64,000 nt of DNA from an uncultured bacterium (GCA_964627035.1 CAZVKN010000001.1:64783-128782), one strand, 5' to 3'. Positions 9,850 through 23,109 are shown, numbered from the stretch's first letter. Notes: a model not told the origin generated them from the sequence alone. Translations and numbers: made by a program.

Positions 9850-11184
9850 TTAATCTTTCAGATGTTTAGCAATAAAGGAAGTGTCGCATTTTCCTTTTTG
9901 AAAGATCGGGTTGTTCATCACTCTCTTATGGAACGGAATGGTTGTAGAAATCCCCTCAATAACAAATTCGTCAAGTGCCCGATTCATCCTCGCCAGTGCT
10001 TCCTCTCTATCACGACCAAATGCAATCAGTTTCGCTATCATTGAATCATAGTAGGGTGGGATCATATATCCGGCAAATGCGTGTGTATCCACCCGAATGC
10101 CCATGCCCCCTGGTACATGGAATGTCAAGATTTTACCCGGAGAAGGTGAAAAGTTGTGCTCAGAATCCTCAGCATTAACTCTGCATTCAATAGCGTGACC
10201 GCTCAGTTCAACCGATTCACGGGACGGCTTCTCTCCTGCAATTGCGGCAATCTGTTCCTTGACCAGATCCACACCGGAGACTGCCTCGGTTACAGGGTGT
10301 TCAACCTGAATCCGCGTGTTCATCTCCATGAAATGGAAGTCGTTCCTGTCAACAAGGAACTCAATTGTTCCGGCACCGACATAATTGACAGATCTTGCGC
10401 CTTTGATTGCCGCCTCTTCCAGCTTCTTCCGGAACTGCGGCGTCACTGCGGGCGAAGGACTTTCCTCTATCAATTTCTGGTGTCGTCTTTGAATTGAACA
10501 GTCTCTTTCCCCAAACGACTGCACAGTACCATCCTGATAACCCATAATCTGCACTTCAATGTGCCGTGGAGAGGTCAGGTACTTTTCGATGTACAACTCA
10601 CCGTTTGCAAATGCGGTTTCAGCCTCCACTTTTGCCATATTGTAGCTGCGACTCATACTGCTTTTGGAGTTCACAACGCGCATACCCTTACCACCACCAC
10701 CTGCAGAAGCTTTGAGGATTACCGGATACCCAATTCTCTTTGCTTCAACCAATGCCTGTTCTTCGCTTTCCAACGCACCATCACTACCGGGAAGTATCGG
10801 AACCCCGCTGTCTTTCATTGTTTTTTTTGCCAAAGCCTTGTCACCCATGCGGATAATAGTTTCAGGATGAGGACCGATGAAGGTAATGTCGGAATCCTGA
10901 CACATCTCAGCAAATTTAGCGCTCTCAGCGAGAAAGCCATATCCGGGATGGATTGCATCGGCATTGGTTATCTCAGCAGCACCAATGATGCGCGGAATGG
11001 TCAGATAGCTGTCATTTGAGCGGGGTGGACCTATACAGATAGCCTCGTCAGCAAACCTGACAGGCAGCGAATTCGCATCTGCCTGACTGTAAACGACTAC
11101 CGATCCGATACCCATCTCACGACAAGCCCTGATAATGCGCAGGGCAATTTCACCCCTGTTTGCTATAAGAATTTTATTGAACAC
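9850..11184 (-). CDS. accC: Acetyl-CoA carboxylase biotin carboxylase subunit
   Basis: 444 aa; MFNKILIANRGEIALRIIRACREMGI ATP-grasp biotin carboxylase; follows accB. Confidence 0.95.
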   Translation of the reverse strand: MFNKILIANRGEIALRIIRACREMGIGSVVVYSQADANSLPVRFADEAICIGPPRSNDSYLTIPRIIGAAEITNADAIHPGYGFLAESAKFAEMCQDSDITFIGPHPETIIRMGDKALAKKTMKDSGVPILPGSDGALESEEQALVEAKRIGYPVILKASAGGGGKGMRVVNSKSSMSRSYNMAKVEAETAFANGELYIEKYLTSPRHIEVQIMGYQDGTVQSFGERDCSIQRRHQKLIEESPSPAVTPQFRKKLEEAAIKGARSVNYVGAGTIEFLVDRNDFHFMEMNTRIQVEHPVTEAVSGVDLVKEQIAAIAGEKPSRESVELSGHAIECRVNAEDSEHNFSPSPGKILTFHVPGGMGIRVDTHAFAGYMIPPYYDSMIAKLIAFGRDREEALARMNRALDEFVIEGISTTIPFHKRVMNNPIFQKGKCDTSFIAKHLKD

Positions 11185-11666
11185 TAGAAAGAGGGATCAA
11201 TTTTGAACAGGACTTGACCGAATTCAACCGGTTGTGCGTTTTCTACCAGAATCTCTACAATCTTTCCAGAGGCTTCCGATTCAATTTCATTCATCAGTTT
11301 CATCGCTTCAATTATACAGAGCGCCTGACCGGACTTGACACTGTCACCAAGGTCAACGTAGGAAGGTGCTTCAGGCGATGCTGCACGGTAAAAGGTTCCA
11401 ACCATGGGTGAAGTTACCTCAACGAGATTGGAAACTTTATCATTCGCCAGAGAGGTGGAAGATGGACTGTCCTGCATCTGTTGCACAGGAATTTCCTGCA
11501 TCTTAATTCCGGGTGCAGGATAGATCGGCGGAACCATTTGTGGAATTGAATCTGAAGATCGATTCTTTACGATACGAATCTTCTCCTCGCCCTCTTCAAT
11601 CTCAATCTCACTGATTTCACTTGATTCAACCAGTTTGACTAATTTTCGAATGTCAGCAAAATTCAT
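11184..11666 (-). CDS. accB: Biotin carboxyl carrier protein of acetyl-CoA carboxylase
   Basis: 160 aa; biotinyl-lysine motif EAMKLMNEI; 1-nt overlap with accC. Confidence 0.9.
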   Translation of the reverse strand: MNFADIRKLVKLVESSEISEIEIEEGEEKIRIVKNRSSDSIPQMVPPIYPAPGIKMQEIPVQQMQDSPSSTSLANDKVSNLVEVTSPMVGTFYRAASPEAPSYVDLGDSVKSGQALCIIEAMKLMNEIESEASGKIVEILVENAQPVEFGQVLFKIDPSF

Positions 11667-11675
11667 TCATTGCCT

Positions 11676-12239
11676 CTATTTTCGGACACGATCCATGTAT
11701 TCCCCAGTGCGGGTATCAACTCGAATTGTTTCACCCTGCTCGATGAAGAGCGGAACCTGAATAACTGCACCCGTTTCGATGGTTGCAGGTTTGGTCACAT
11801 TTGAGACCGTATCGCCTTTAACGCCGGGTTCACACTCGGTGATTTCGAACTGGATAAAATTTGGCAACTCTATAAGAAGCGGTGTCTCACCGTTGAATGA
11901 AATTGAGACGATCTCACCTTCTTTCAGATAATTTGCATTGTCACCGACTAAAGATTCTGATAATGGAATCTGCTCAAAAGTATCCTGATCCATAAAAACG
12001 GAATCATCACCGTCACGATACAGATATTGCATCTTCTTGCTGTCAAGACGGACGATCTCGATCTTCTCACCGGATCTGAATGTCTTGTCAAGTACCTTAC
12101 CTGTAATAACATTCTTCAGCTTCGTTCTGACAAAAGCTCCACCTTTTCCAGGCTTCACATGCTGAAATTGAGATATACTGAAGAGCTGGTTATCAAGTGA
12201 TATTACCAGTCCATTTTTAATGTCTGACGTATTTGCCAT
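11676..12239 (-). CDS. efp: Elongation factor P
   Basis: 187 aa; KPGKGGAFVRTKLKN loop (Lys34-type EF-P). Confidence 0.9.
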   Translation of the reverse strand: MANTSDIKNGLVISLDNQLFSISQFQHVKPGKGGAFVRTKLKNVITGKVLDKTFRSGEKIEIVRLDSKKMQYLYRDGDDSVFMDQDTFEQIPLSESLVGDNANYLKEGEIVSISFNGETPLLIELPNFIQFEITECEPGVKGDTVSNVTKPATIETGAVIQVPLFIEQGETIRVDTRTGEYMDRVRK

Positions 12240-12257
12240 AAAATTTATTAGCTGTTG

Positions 12258-12655
12258 TTAATTTACAGATTGAAAATAGTCTTTAATTCTGTCTTCACAA
12301 TTTAAGCAAAACTGCAATTTGCGGTAATCTTTCTGTGTGAACCACCTTATCTCTTCGAGTTCTTTGCCGTTTATTGTTGTTTCACCGCTTAACTTTCCGA
12401 TGAAAACATGAGTGGTCATTAAAGTGTTCTTAAACTTATAATGATAATATCGGAAGTACTCGAGATCAATCAGGTCACAGTTTAATTCTTCGCTAACTTC
12501 TCTTCTTATGCACTCTTCAGGGGTTTCATCCCGCTGCATAGTGCCGCCGATGGTTTCCCATAAGAGCGGAGACTCACGCTTAAACCTGCTGCGCTTCCCT
12601 AAAAGTATCCTTCCTTCATCGTTGCAAATGATTACAGCACACGATTCTTTCATCA

Positions 12656-12656
<1 letters not shown>
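12258..12656 (-). CDS. NUDIX hydrolase
   Basis: 132 aa; Nudix box GGTMQRDETPEECIRREVSEELN. Confidence 0.75.
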
Positions 12657-15500
<2,844 letters not shown>

Positions 15501-15591
15501 AATAATATTCCCGGATAATACAGCTAATTCAGTTAATTATGATTTACAGTTTGTACCGATAACTGTATTTATTGTTCCATAGCTGGACAAT

Positions 15592-16422
15592 TTACTCAAT
15601 TAACGAGAATCCCTTATCGGTTTTTCGCACTTTTCCAAATGTATGCTTTGGGTCGTGCTCAAAGAAAAATGTCCATCCTTCGTCTGCAGCCTGCCCAAGA
15701 ATTTTTTTCTTCTCATTTAGGGTGGTGATCGGATACAGATCGTAGGACATTATCCAGGGGATAGGAAACTGACATGCAAGTGGGATCAGATCCGCACCAA
15801 AAAGCAAAGTTTCACCGCCGTCCTGAATACGTGCCAACTGCATCCCCGGTGTGTGACCGTTGCAGATGAGAAAATCCATTCCGTCCATCAAAGACCACTC
15901 TTCTTCAACGATGTTAACAACTCCTGCCTCTACAAGAGGTTCAAAGTCAACGGGATGATAACTCGCTCTGTCGCGTTCCAGACGTGATCTGGCATGGTCA
16001 AGCTGTCGCTTCTGGATATGGTATTTGGCATTGGGAAAAGTGGGTACAGGATTTGTGTTTTTCTGTGTGGTCGAGCCACCGCAGTGATCAAAATGCAGAT
16101 GCGACAGCACTACATCAGTGATATCAGACAATTCCAATCCCGCGTCTGCAAGACCTTTGTCCAAATAATCCTCACCACCTGTAAATGCAAAGATTTCTTT
16201 GAATTTATCGGTTCTCTCCTGACCGAAACCGTCATCAATCAGTATTTTGCGGTCATCAACCTCAATAAGCAGACATCTCATTACCATGTCAATACGGTTT
16301 TTGTCATCAGCAGGATGAAACCTCTCCCAGAGAACTTTTGGAATCACACCAAACATAGCACCTCCATCGAGACGGAAGTTCCCAAATTCTATAGGGGTTA
16401 TCTTAAACTTGCCTATTTCCAT
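15592..16422 (-). CDS. MBL-fold metallo-hydrolase
   Basis: 276 aa; HxHxDH motif (SHLHFDHCGG). Confidence 0.7.
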   Translation of the reverse strand: MEIGKFKITPIEFGNFRLDGGAMFGVIPKVLWERFHPADDKNRIDMVMRCLLIEVDDRKILIDDGFGQERTDKFKEIFAFTGGEDYLDKGLADAGLELSDITDVVLSHLHFDHCGGSTTQKNTNPVPTFPNAKYHIQKRQLDHARSRLERDRASYHPVDFEPLVEAGVVNIVEEEWSLMDGMDFLICNGHTPGMQLARIQDGGETLLFGADLIPLACQFPIPWIMSYDLYPITTLNEKKKILGQAADEGWTFFFEHDPKHTFGKVRKTDKGFSLIE

Positions 16423-18029
16423 TACTTGGTAACCATTTGTGCGAATTTGCTGCTGTTTGCTCTGCCATCGAGTGATAGGCTGTAAATATAGGGTTTATCG
16501 TTGACCATGCGGGTCACAAGTACGCGGTTGTCAGACAGAAAACTAAAACTGCGACCATGTACTTCGCCTAACCAATATGGCTCACCACTCTCACGATTCA
16601 CTGCCACCAGTTGGCTCGCCTGACCAAGCAGAAGCAGCCATTGTCCATGCGGCGAGATTTGTGGAAATAAAATATCCTGCCACTTCAGATCAACTGAAAT
16701 CTCCCCACCACTGATTGCCCGCTTAAATATTCCCCGATCTGTGCTGAATAGAAGAGAATCCCCATCAGGTGCAAAACAGGCTCCGATTACAGGCTCAGAA
16801 ATCCTGCTGACGGAATTCATCTCCTTGTTGTTCGGATTCAATTGAACGACCTCAACAGAAGAACTTAAGCTTCCTGATTCACGTCTGATCAGAAGTATTG
16901 AATTGCTGTCCTCAAAGTATGGAGTCGAAGCGAGAAAACGTGCATCGGTCAGCTTCTTTGGACGAGACCCAAAACTCGGCTTGACCCTGTAAAGATAGAA
17001 ACGCCCTTTATTGCCCGGCTTCCAGTTCTTGTCCGGTGATCCAAAGAAATAAATCCATTGCTGATCAGGGGAATAGACAGGCATCGCAATGGAACTCATT
17101 CGATGCTGAACTGCCTTTAACAGAGGTATCTTGTTGCTGCCCGACGATGAGCAGCGGTATATGTATGGATCTGAGCTGCCACTCATGCCCATATCTTTAA
17201 CATAAATAATATGTTTCCCACTCGGCGAGTACGAGCCGTCAGATCCCTGAACGATTTGTCTTGAATTGAAAGGATCAGCATCAACCAGGTAACCGAATTT
17301 CTTGGCGACTCGCGCATCAGTCGCAATTTCTGGATGGTTTGAAACAAGCTCTTTCAGTTTCTGCTGCAGGAGTGTAACATCCCCAAGGAACAGACCCGCA
17401 TCCAATTGATTCAACCTCGATTCAATGTTATCACTCTTATGCTTTATCATCCAATCTTGCTGCATCCAGGAGATTCGCGCCGGTCCTATGAAGAAGTACA
17501 TCTCCTGTCGCACAGTGTCAGGTATATCACCGCCGTCAAGCGAGGTAAGCAGCCTGTCGTAATAGTCCGCCACAGCGGAAGTGTCCTTTGACCTGCAAGC
17601 AGCCATGATTCCCCGTGACAGAAGCGTCGGTTTGCCTCCTTTCTGAGTAGCAAGCTTGTTTGCTAGATGATACTGCTCAATAGATGCAGCAATGCGGTTA
17701 TATCTCTCATGCGTGAGAACTTTTATGGCAGGCTCAGCAAGTGTCTTGCAGCGTGCACTATCTGGGAAGTATGAAAGTGTGTTCCTGAGTTCTGTTTCCA
17801 TTGCAAGATCGTCATCACCCTTACCCAAAGCGCCTATGAGAGCTTTGTGAACCTTCCAGCTTTTGGGATTTTTCTCAAGAGAAGCACGGAAATACTTTGC
17901 AGCCATCCGCCAATTCTTCTCTTTTTTCAGCCAGTACTGTCCTGATTTGTAATCTTCATCTCCACACCCGACAAAAAAGAAGGTGGTGAAAATTAGACCT
18001 GTGAGAATTAGAACTATTTTTGAGAGCAT
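16422..18029 (-). CDS. Hypothetical lipoprotein with an N-terminal helical (TPR-like) region and a C-terminal TolB-like beta-propeller (PD40-like repeats)
   Basis: 535 aa; signal/lipobox (FFFVGCGD); repeated SPDxQW/SPHGQW motifs typical of PD40 propeller blades. Confidence 0.4.
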   Translation of the reverse strand: MLSKIVLILTGLIFTTFFFVGCGDEDYKSGQYWLKKEKNWRMAAKYFRASLEKNPKSWKVHKALIGALGKGDDDLAMETELRNTLSYFPDSARCKTLAEPAIKVLTHERYNRIAASIEQYHLANKLATQKGGKPTLLSRGIMAACRSKDTSAVADYYDRLLTSLDGGDIPDTVRQEMYFFIGPARISWMQQDWMIKHKSDNIESRLNQLDAGLFLGDVTLLQQKLKELVSNHPEIATDARVAKKFGYLVDADPFNSRQIVQGSDGSYSPSGKHIIYVKDMGMSGSSDPYIYRCSSSGSNKIPLLKAVQHRMSSIAMPVYSPDQQWIYFFGSPDKNWKPGNKGRFYLYRVKPSFGSRPKKLTDARFLASTPYFEDSNSILLIRRESGSLSSSVEVVQLNPNNKEMNSVSRISEPVIGACFAPDGDSLLFSTDRGIFKRAISGGEISVDLKWQDILFPQISPHGQWLLLLGQASQLVAVNRESGEPYWLGEVHGRSFSFLSDNRVLVTRMVNDKPYIYSLSLDGRANSSKFAQMVTK

Positions 18030-18031
18030 AA

Positions 18032-18970
18032 CTAACCCTCTATTTCAGATAGATACCTTTCAGCTTCAATGGCTGACATACAGCCTGTTCCGGCAGCGGT
18101 TATGGCTTGCTTATAGGTGTGATCCTGAATGTCTCCGCAGGCAAACACTCCGGGAATGTTTGTAGCGGTACTATCCGGTTTTGTAATTATGTAGCCTTCA
18201 TCATCAAGGTCAACCTGTCCGACAAACAACTCAGAATTCGGAGTATGCCCTATGGCGAGAAATGCCCCTTGGCACTCTATAAACGATTCTTCACCTGTCT
18301 GTGTGTTCTTGAGATTGACACCTTTCAAAGCAGTAGAGTCGTCTCCCACAAATTCTGTTACAACATTGTTCCACAGCACTTCAATCTTCGGATTGTCGAA
18401 GACTCTCTTTCTCATAATCTTAGACGCACGAAGTTCATCACGACGATGAATGAGTGTAACTTTACTGCCGAATTTGGTCAGAAATGTAGCTTCCTCACAT
18501 GCACTGTCTCCGCCACCGATAACAATGATCTCTTTTTCTTTGAAGAACCAGCCGTCACAGGTGGCACATGCGGACACGCCGTGTCCCATCAGTTTGGATT
18601 CAGATTCTAATCCCATCAGACGGGCGGTGGCTCCTGTTGAGATTATCACTGAATCAGCGGTGAGATGCTGTTGATCCACTGACACACTAAATGGTCTTTG
18701 TTTTAAGTCCACTTCGGTCACAACGTCGGTGATGAATTCTGTGCCGAATCGTTCAGCTTGCTGACGGAACTCGTCCATCAACTGCGGTCCCATAATACCT
18801 TCAGGGAATCCTGGGTAATTTTCAACATCAGTTGTAATAGTGAGCTGACCTCCCGGCTGAATTCCTTCTATCACAAGCGTTTTCAGCTCCGCGCGGGTTG
18901 TATAAATCGCCGCTGTTAACCCGGCAGGTCCTGATCCGATTATAATAACGTCAAAGTGAGTTTTTCCCAT
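18032..18970 (-). CDS. trxB: Thioredoxin-disulfide reductase
   Basis: 312 aa; FAD site GSGPAG, redox CATCDG, NADPH site GGGDSA. Confidence 0.9.
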   Translation of the reverse strand: MGKTHFDVIIIGSGPAGLTAAIYTTRAELKTLVIEGIQPGGQLTITTDVENYPGFPEGIMGPQLMDEFRQQAERFGTEFITDVVTEVDLKQRPFSVSVDQQHLTADSVIISTGATARLMGLESESKLMGHGVSACATCDGWFFKEKEIIVIGGGDSACEEATFLTKFGSKVTLIHRRDELRASKIMRKRVFDNPKIEVLWNNVVTEFVGDDSTALKGVNLKNTQTGEESFIECQGAFLAIGHTPNSELFVGQVDLDDEGYIITKPDSTATNIPGVFACGDIQDHTYKQAITAAGTGCMSAIEAERYLSEIEG

Positions 18971-19003
18971 TTGTCAATACCGCTTCATTTTAATAGTAAA
19001 ATA

Positions 19004-19056
19004 GTAGTCGGGCTTGTCTCAAGCTCGACGTCGGGGTTGAAGACAACCTCGACTAC
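19004..19056. repeat. REP-like palindromic element E2 (two-hairpin unit, GGGC/GCCC stem variant)
   Basis: Sequence GTAGTCGGGCTTGTCTCAAGCTCGAC GTCGGGGTTGAAGACAACCTCGACTAC. Both hairpins keep pairing through G.U-compatible substitutions. Confidence 0.6.
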
Positions 19057-19085
19057 AAGATCAACATTCGGTTGATACTCTCAAA

Positions 19086-19113
19086 TAATCGGGGAACCGT
19101 ATGATTCCCCGAT
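19086..19113 (-). terminator. Terminator-like hairpin downstream of the peroxiredoxin gene
   Basis: Perfect 10-bp stem AATCGGGGAA/TTCCCCGATT with an 8-nt loop, followed by an A/U-rich stretch on the transcript strand. Confidence 0.35.
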
Positions 19114-19139
19114 TGATCTGTAAAATCATTTCGTAGAGT

Positions 19140-19664
19140 TTACGCTTTGCCCAAAGTGTCTTTACCTTCGCTCCAGTCAGCCTGACACAGATCACCTGTC
19201 TGGATGGCTTTCAGTGCCCGGACAACCTCTTCGGTCGAGCGACCGACACCGGTGCTGTGAACGATCTGCCATTGGAGGATACCGTCAGGATCAATGATGA
19301 ATGTTCCGCGAAGTGCGATACCTGCATCTTCCAGCAAAACATTGTAGTCATCGCTGACCTTCTTGGTGATATCGCTCGCCAATGGGTAAGCGATTTCACC
19401 AAGACTGCCTTTGATCCATGCGTCGTGTGAAAAAACGGAGTCAATGCTGACACCGATGACTTCCGCTCCCAAATCCTTGAATTGATCATACAGCTTTGAA
19501 AAAGCTGTGATCTCTGTCGGGCAGACGAATGTGAAATCGAGTGGGTAGAAAAACAGAACGACCCACTTGCCTTTGTAATCGGAAAGTTTTACTTCCTTGA
19601 ACTCGCCATCAGGCATGACAGCCTGCATTGTGAATTCGGGTGCGCTACTTGCAACTTGTAACAT
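19140..19664 (-). CDS. Peroxiredoxin (typical 2-Cys, AhpC/Prx1 family)
   Basis: FTFVCPTEI peroxidatic Cys motif. The start was set at the ATG at 19664 with AGGAG 6 nt upstream. The longer ORF-track version overlaps cutA. Confidence 0.85.
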   Translation of the reverse strand: MLQVASSAPEFTMQAVMPDGEFKEVKLSDYKGKWVVLFFYPLDFTFVCPTEITAFSKLYDQFKDLGAEVIGVSIDSVFSHDAWIKGSLGEIAYPLASDITKKVSDDYNVLLEDAGIALRGTFIIDPDGILQWQIVHSTGVGRSTEEVVRALKAIQTGDLCQADWSEGKDTLGKA

Positions 19665-19708
19665 GAAATTCTCCTGTACAATTTTGTGTTTATTGATGTT
19701 TAATGTAA

Positions 19709-20014
19709 TTATTGATTGTCGGTCTGTGCAACAATCCAATCGAGATAACCCTTCAGTCCATCTGAAAGATTTATCGCTATGATCTCAGGGAGCTCATAGC
19801 AATGCAGTGATACGACTTTATCACGCACTCGATTGAATAATTGTTGCTGAGTTTTAACTATCAACAAAACTTCCGAATCACTTTGTAATTCTCCATTCCA
19901 CTCGTAGAACGATTTCAGTCCTGGAATGATATTGACACAGGCTGCGAGTTTACTTTCAACCAATTCCCGTGCGATGTCTTCTGCAGATTTCTGATCCGGT
20001 ACAGTGATAAACAC
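19709..20014 (-). CDS. cutA: Divalent-cation tolerance protein CutA
   Basis: 101 aa; CutA1 family length and sequence (AACVNIIPGLKSFYEWNGE). Confidence 0.8.
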   Translation of the reverse strand: MFITVPDQKSAEDIARELVESKLAACVNIIPGLKSFYEWNGELQSDSEVLLIVKTQQQLFNRVRDKVVSLHCYELPEIIAINLSDGLKGYLDWIVAQTDNQ

Positions 20015-20069
20015 CAGAATTATATCTTTTTTAAGATTAATGTGATATCCTTTAATTGGTAGTGTTTAT

Positions 20070-20100
20070 GTAGTCGTGGTTGTCTCAACCACGACAGACG
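20070..20100. repeat. REP-like palindromic element E3 (single hairpin)
   Basis: GTAGTCGTGGTTG-TCT-CAACCACGAC, a perfect 10-bp stem, followed by AGACGAC. Confidence 0.55.
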
Positions 20101-20108
20101 ACAACGCA

Positions 20109-21818
20109 CTATTTTGAAGGACCTTCAGCCGATCCGACACCGCGTGCATCACTGGCACCGAAAAACTCAGCGGTAGCAGCATCATGCATAACTGCCTGGC
20201 TCAATGACCAGTTGCTCTGCTGATAAACTTTCCATCCACGTTGGTTCAGCTCTTTTACTATCTCTGGAGTGATCTCTTTCTCGACATAAAGTTTATCAGG
20301 ACGCCACTGCATGTGAATCCTTGGGACATCCATCGCAGCCTGAATATCAAGATCATAATCAATGATGTTGATCAGCATCTGAGCAACTGATGAGATGATG
20401 CGCGGACCGCCAACGCTACCTAAGGCAATATAGGGCAGGTCATCCTTTAACACCAGTGTCGGAGACATGCTGGACAGTGGACGCTTTTGAGGAGCAACCC
20501 GATTCACTTCACTCCCGATCAGATCATAGTTGTTCGGTTCAGTCGGTGATGTGACAAAGTCATCCATTGTGCTGTTCAGGAATATACCCAGCTCCGGAAC
20601 AAATACATGAGATCCAAATGAAGTATTAACCGAGGTGGTAATCGAGCACATGTTACCGTCACGATCAATAACAGATATGTGACTGGTGTTGCTGTCATCG
20701 TCAAATGCCCACGGATCGTCGTGATCTTTAACCGGATTACGGTAATGACGATTGATTTTCTCTCTCAATTTAGCAGCATACTCAGGTGAAGTCATCCCAT
20801 CGGTCGGTTGAGGAGTGAAATCCGGATCTCCCAACCAGTATGCCCGATCTGCAAATGCCAGTTCAAACGCAGATGCAATTAAGTGATACGATTCTGCTGA
20901 ACCTTGTTCGACATAGTTGAGTGGGAATCCTTCCAGGATGTTCAAAATTTCTGCCAGGCATACGCCACCTGAAGAGGGAGGAGGCATAGAGTAAATCTTG
21001 TGACCACGGTAATCGAACTCAATCGGTTCTCGCCAGATTATTTTGTATCCTGCTAGATCTTCAATGGTGATTATGCCCCCTGCATCTTTACAGCTTTTAA
21101 CTATAGCTTTTGCCTGCTCGCCTGCATAAAATGACTTTCCGCCATCCTTACTGACCTTGGTTAATGTTTCCGCTAATGCCGGTTGTTTCAGCAACTCACC
21201 ACGAAGATATGGCTGCCCTTTCTCTAGAAACACATCGGAAGCATTTCCGTTCGCAAGCCTGTCCTGATGTCCTTTGGTTCGTGTCGCCAAAAATCTATCA
21301 ACGATGAATCCTTCTTCAGCCAGTTTTACCGAAGGGTTTACCACCTTTGAAAGAGACAAATTCCCAAATTTCTGAACTAATTCCACTCGCCCGGCAACAG
21401 ATCCGGGTGTTCCAACCGCCAAACCGCCACGTGATGAGCTGTACTTGATCTTCTTTCCGGTAGCCGGATCAATATACATCTCACTGTGAGCCTGTGAAGG
21501 TGCGGATTCCCGTGCATCCAATGCAACCACCTTATCATCTTTCACCATCCTGATAAGTGCAAACTCACCTCCGCCGAGTCCGCTGTGATATTGCTCGACA
21601 ACAGAGAGCGCAAAAGCAGCAGCTACGGCAGCATCAACAGCATTTCCGCCTTGCTCAAGAACAGTTACAGCAGCGTTAGTGGCTTCAACATGCGGGGTTG
21701 CTGCCATTCCGCTTTTCGACCATGAAGGCTGACGATAAGCACCTATTGAAGTAGAGAAGCAGACAAAGAGTAGCAGTATTGCGAAGAAATAAGGGAATCG
21801 TTTTTTCATTTTACTCAT
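20109..21818 (-). CDS. ggt: Gamma-glutamyltransferase
   Basis: 569 aa; signal peptide; autoprocessing/nucleophile Thr region (ITTSVNTSFGS). Confidence 0.9.
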   Translation of the reverse strand: MSKMKKRFPYFFAILLLFVCFSTSIGAYRQPSWSKSGMAATPHVEATNAAVTVLEQGGNAVDAAVAAAFALSVVEQYHSGLGGGEFALIRMVKDDKVVALDARESAPSQAHSEMYIDPATGKKIKYSSSRGGLAVGTPGSVAGRVELVQKFGNLSLSKVVNPSVKLAEEGFIVDRFLATRTKGHQDRLANGNASDVFLEKGQPYLRGELLKQPALAETLTKVSKDGGKSFYAGEQAKAIVKSCKDAGGIITIEDLAGYKIIWREPIEFDYRGHKIYSMPPPSSGGVCLAEILNILEGFPLNYVEQGSAESYHLIASAFELAFADRAYWLGDPDFTPQPTDGMTSPEYAAKLREKINRHYRNPVKDHDDPWAFDDDSNTSHISVIDRDGNMCSITTSVNTSFGSHVFVPELGIFLNSTMDDFVTSPTEPNNYDLIGSEVNRVAPQKRPLSSMSPTLVLKDDLPYIALGSVGGPRIISSVAQMLINIIDYDLDIQAAMDVPRIHMQWRPDKLYVEKEITPEIVKELNQRGWKVYQQSNWSLSQAVMHDAATAEFFGASDARGVGSAEGPSK

Positions 21819-23109
21819 ACCGTATTGTTTCGACAGGATCGAGTGTTGCTGCTTTTCTTGCAGGATAGACGGTTGCGATTAGGGTTAGGATCATGGAAAC
21901 AACTGCTATTATTACAAAATCAAACAGTTGCATCTTGACTGGAAGTGCACTCAGAAAATAGACATCACCGGGCAGTGAGAAGAATTTGTATGTCAATTGA
22001 GCCCAGCACAAAGCCCACCCAAGGATTAACCCAAGCAATGTCCCGATTGTGCCGATAATTAGACCTTCAAGCAGGAATATTCTCATCACACCTTGTCGTG
22101 TGGCGCCGATAGCCTTGAGGATACCGATTTCCCTGCGTTTCTCCAGCACAATCATTATCTGACTGGAAATGATGTTGAAGGCTGCAACAAGAATTATCAG
22201 AGATAGAAGTATTGTATAGAGCCACTTCTCTATCTTCATCCATCGGAACAGCGTCCGGTGCATATCGTGCCATGTGCGAGGATAGTAAGGATAGCCAAGA
22301 ACTTCGTCAATCTCGTCGCGAACTTTATCGGCTTGGTTGAAATCTGTCACGTTCAGTTCGATTCCGGTTACTGCATTACCGAGCTGAAATAGTTTTTGAG
22401 CTGATGAAAGTGATATGTATGAGAAGCTGTCGTCGTACTCATAAATACCTGTCTCGAAAATTCCTCTAACAGACAGTTTGATTATTTTTGGAGAAGAGAG
22501 TAAACTCGTCATTCCAAGTGGACTGATGGCATAGATAGTGTCACCAATGGTAACATTAAGTCTGAAGGAAAGCTGCCTGCCGAGAATGATTCCCGGAAGA
22601 TTTGATTCTTTAATTAATTTACTAAAATCCGGTTTTAATTCATCGCTTGTGGAGATTATATTTGCATCTTTTAAGGAAGCATCAATCACATCTAACTTAA
22701 GTTCACCAGCTACGATAGTGCTGTTCAGTTTACTTACTTCATTAACTGTTTTTTCGTCAATGCCTTTGATTATTACGGGTTCAACCTTTCTGCCTTTTCG
22801 CAGCATTCCCTTGCCTTGAATGTAGGGTGACATACCAGATATCTGAGGAATACTTCTCAAAGTGTCAATTATAACATCATGGTCGTTGAAAGGCTCTTCG
22901 TGAAACAGTGTCAGTTTGAGGTGTGCATCCGCACCGATGATCCTATCACGGACTTCCGCCTCGAATCCGTTCATAACGGACAGAACGATGACGAGTGCTG
23001 ATACACCGATCATCACTCCACCCGCTGAAATATAGGTAATAAGGGATATAAATTTGGTCTGCTGCTTGGATCGTAAATAACGATCTGCGATGAACAGTTC
23101 GTAGCCCAC
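21811..23109 (-). CDS. Lipoprotein-releasing system permease (LolC/LolE family, FtsX-like)
   Basis: 432 aa; N-terminal TM, large periplasmic loop, three C-terminal TMs; FIADRYLRSKQ LolC/E signature. Confidence 0.8.
   Translation of the reverse strand: MGYELFIADRYLRSKQQTKFISLITYISAGGVMIGVSALVIVLSVMNGFEAEVRDRIIGADAHLKLTLFHEEPFNDHDVIIDTLRSIPQISGMSPYIQGKGMLRKGRKVEPVIIKGIDEKTVNEVSKLNSTIVAGELKLDVIDASLKDANIISTSDELKPDFSKLIKESNLPGIILGRQLSFRLNVTIGDTIYAISPLGMTSLLSSPKIIKLSVRGIFETGIYEYDDSFSYISLSSAQKLFQLGNAVTGIELNVTDFNQADKVRDEIDEVLGYPYYPRTWHDMHRTLFRWMKIEKWLYTILLSLIILVAAFNIISSQIMIVLEKRREIGILKAIGATRQGVMRIFLLEGLIIGTIGTLLGLILGWALCWAQLTYKFFSLPGDVYFLSALPVKMQLFDFVIIAVVSMILTLIATVYPARKAATLDPVETIRYE

Noticed and set aside
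19665-19739. N-terminal extension of the peroxiredoxin ORF
   Set aside because: It would overlap the 3' end of cutA by 31 nt. The internal ATG at 19664 is preceded by AGGAG at ideal spacing and yields a standard Prx N-terminus.
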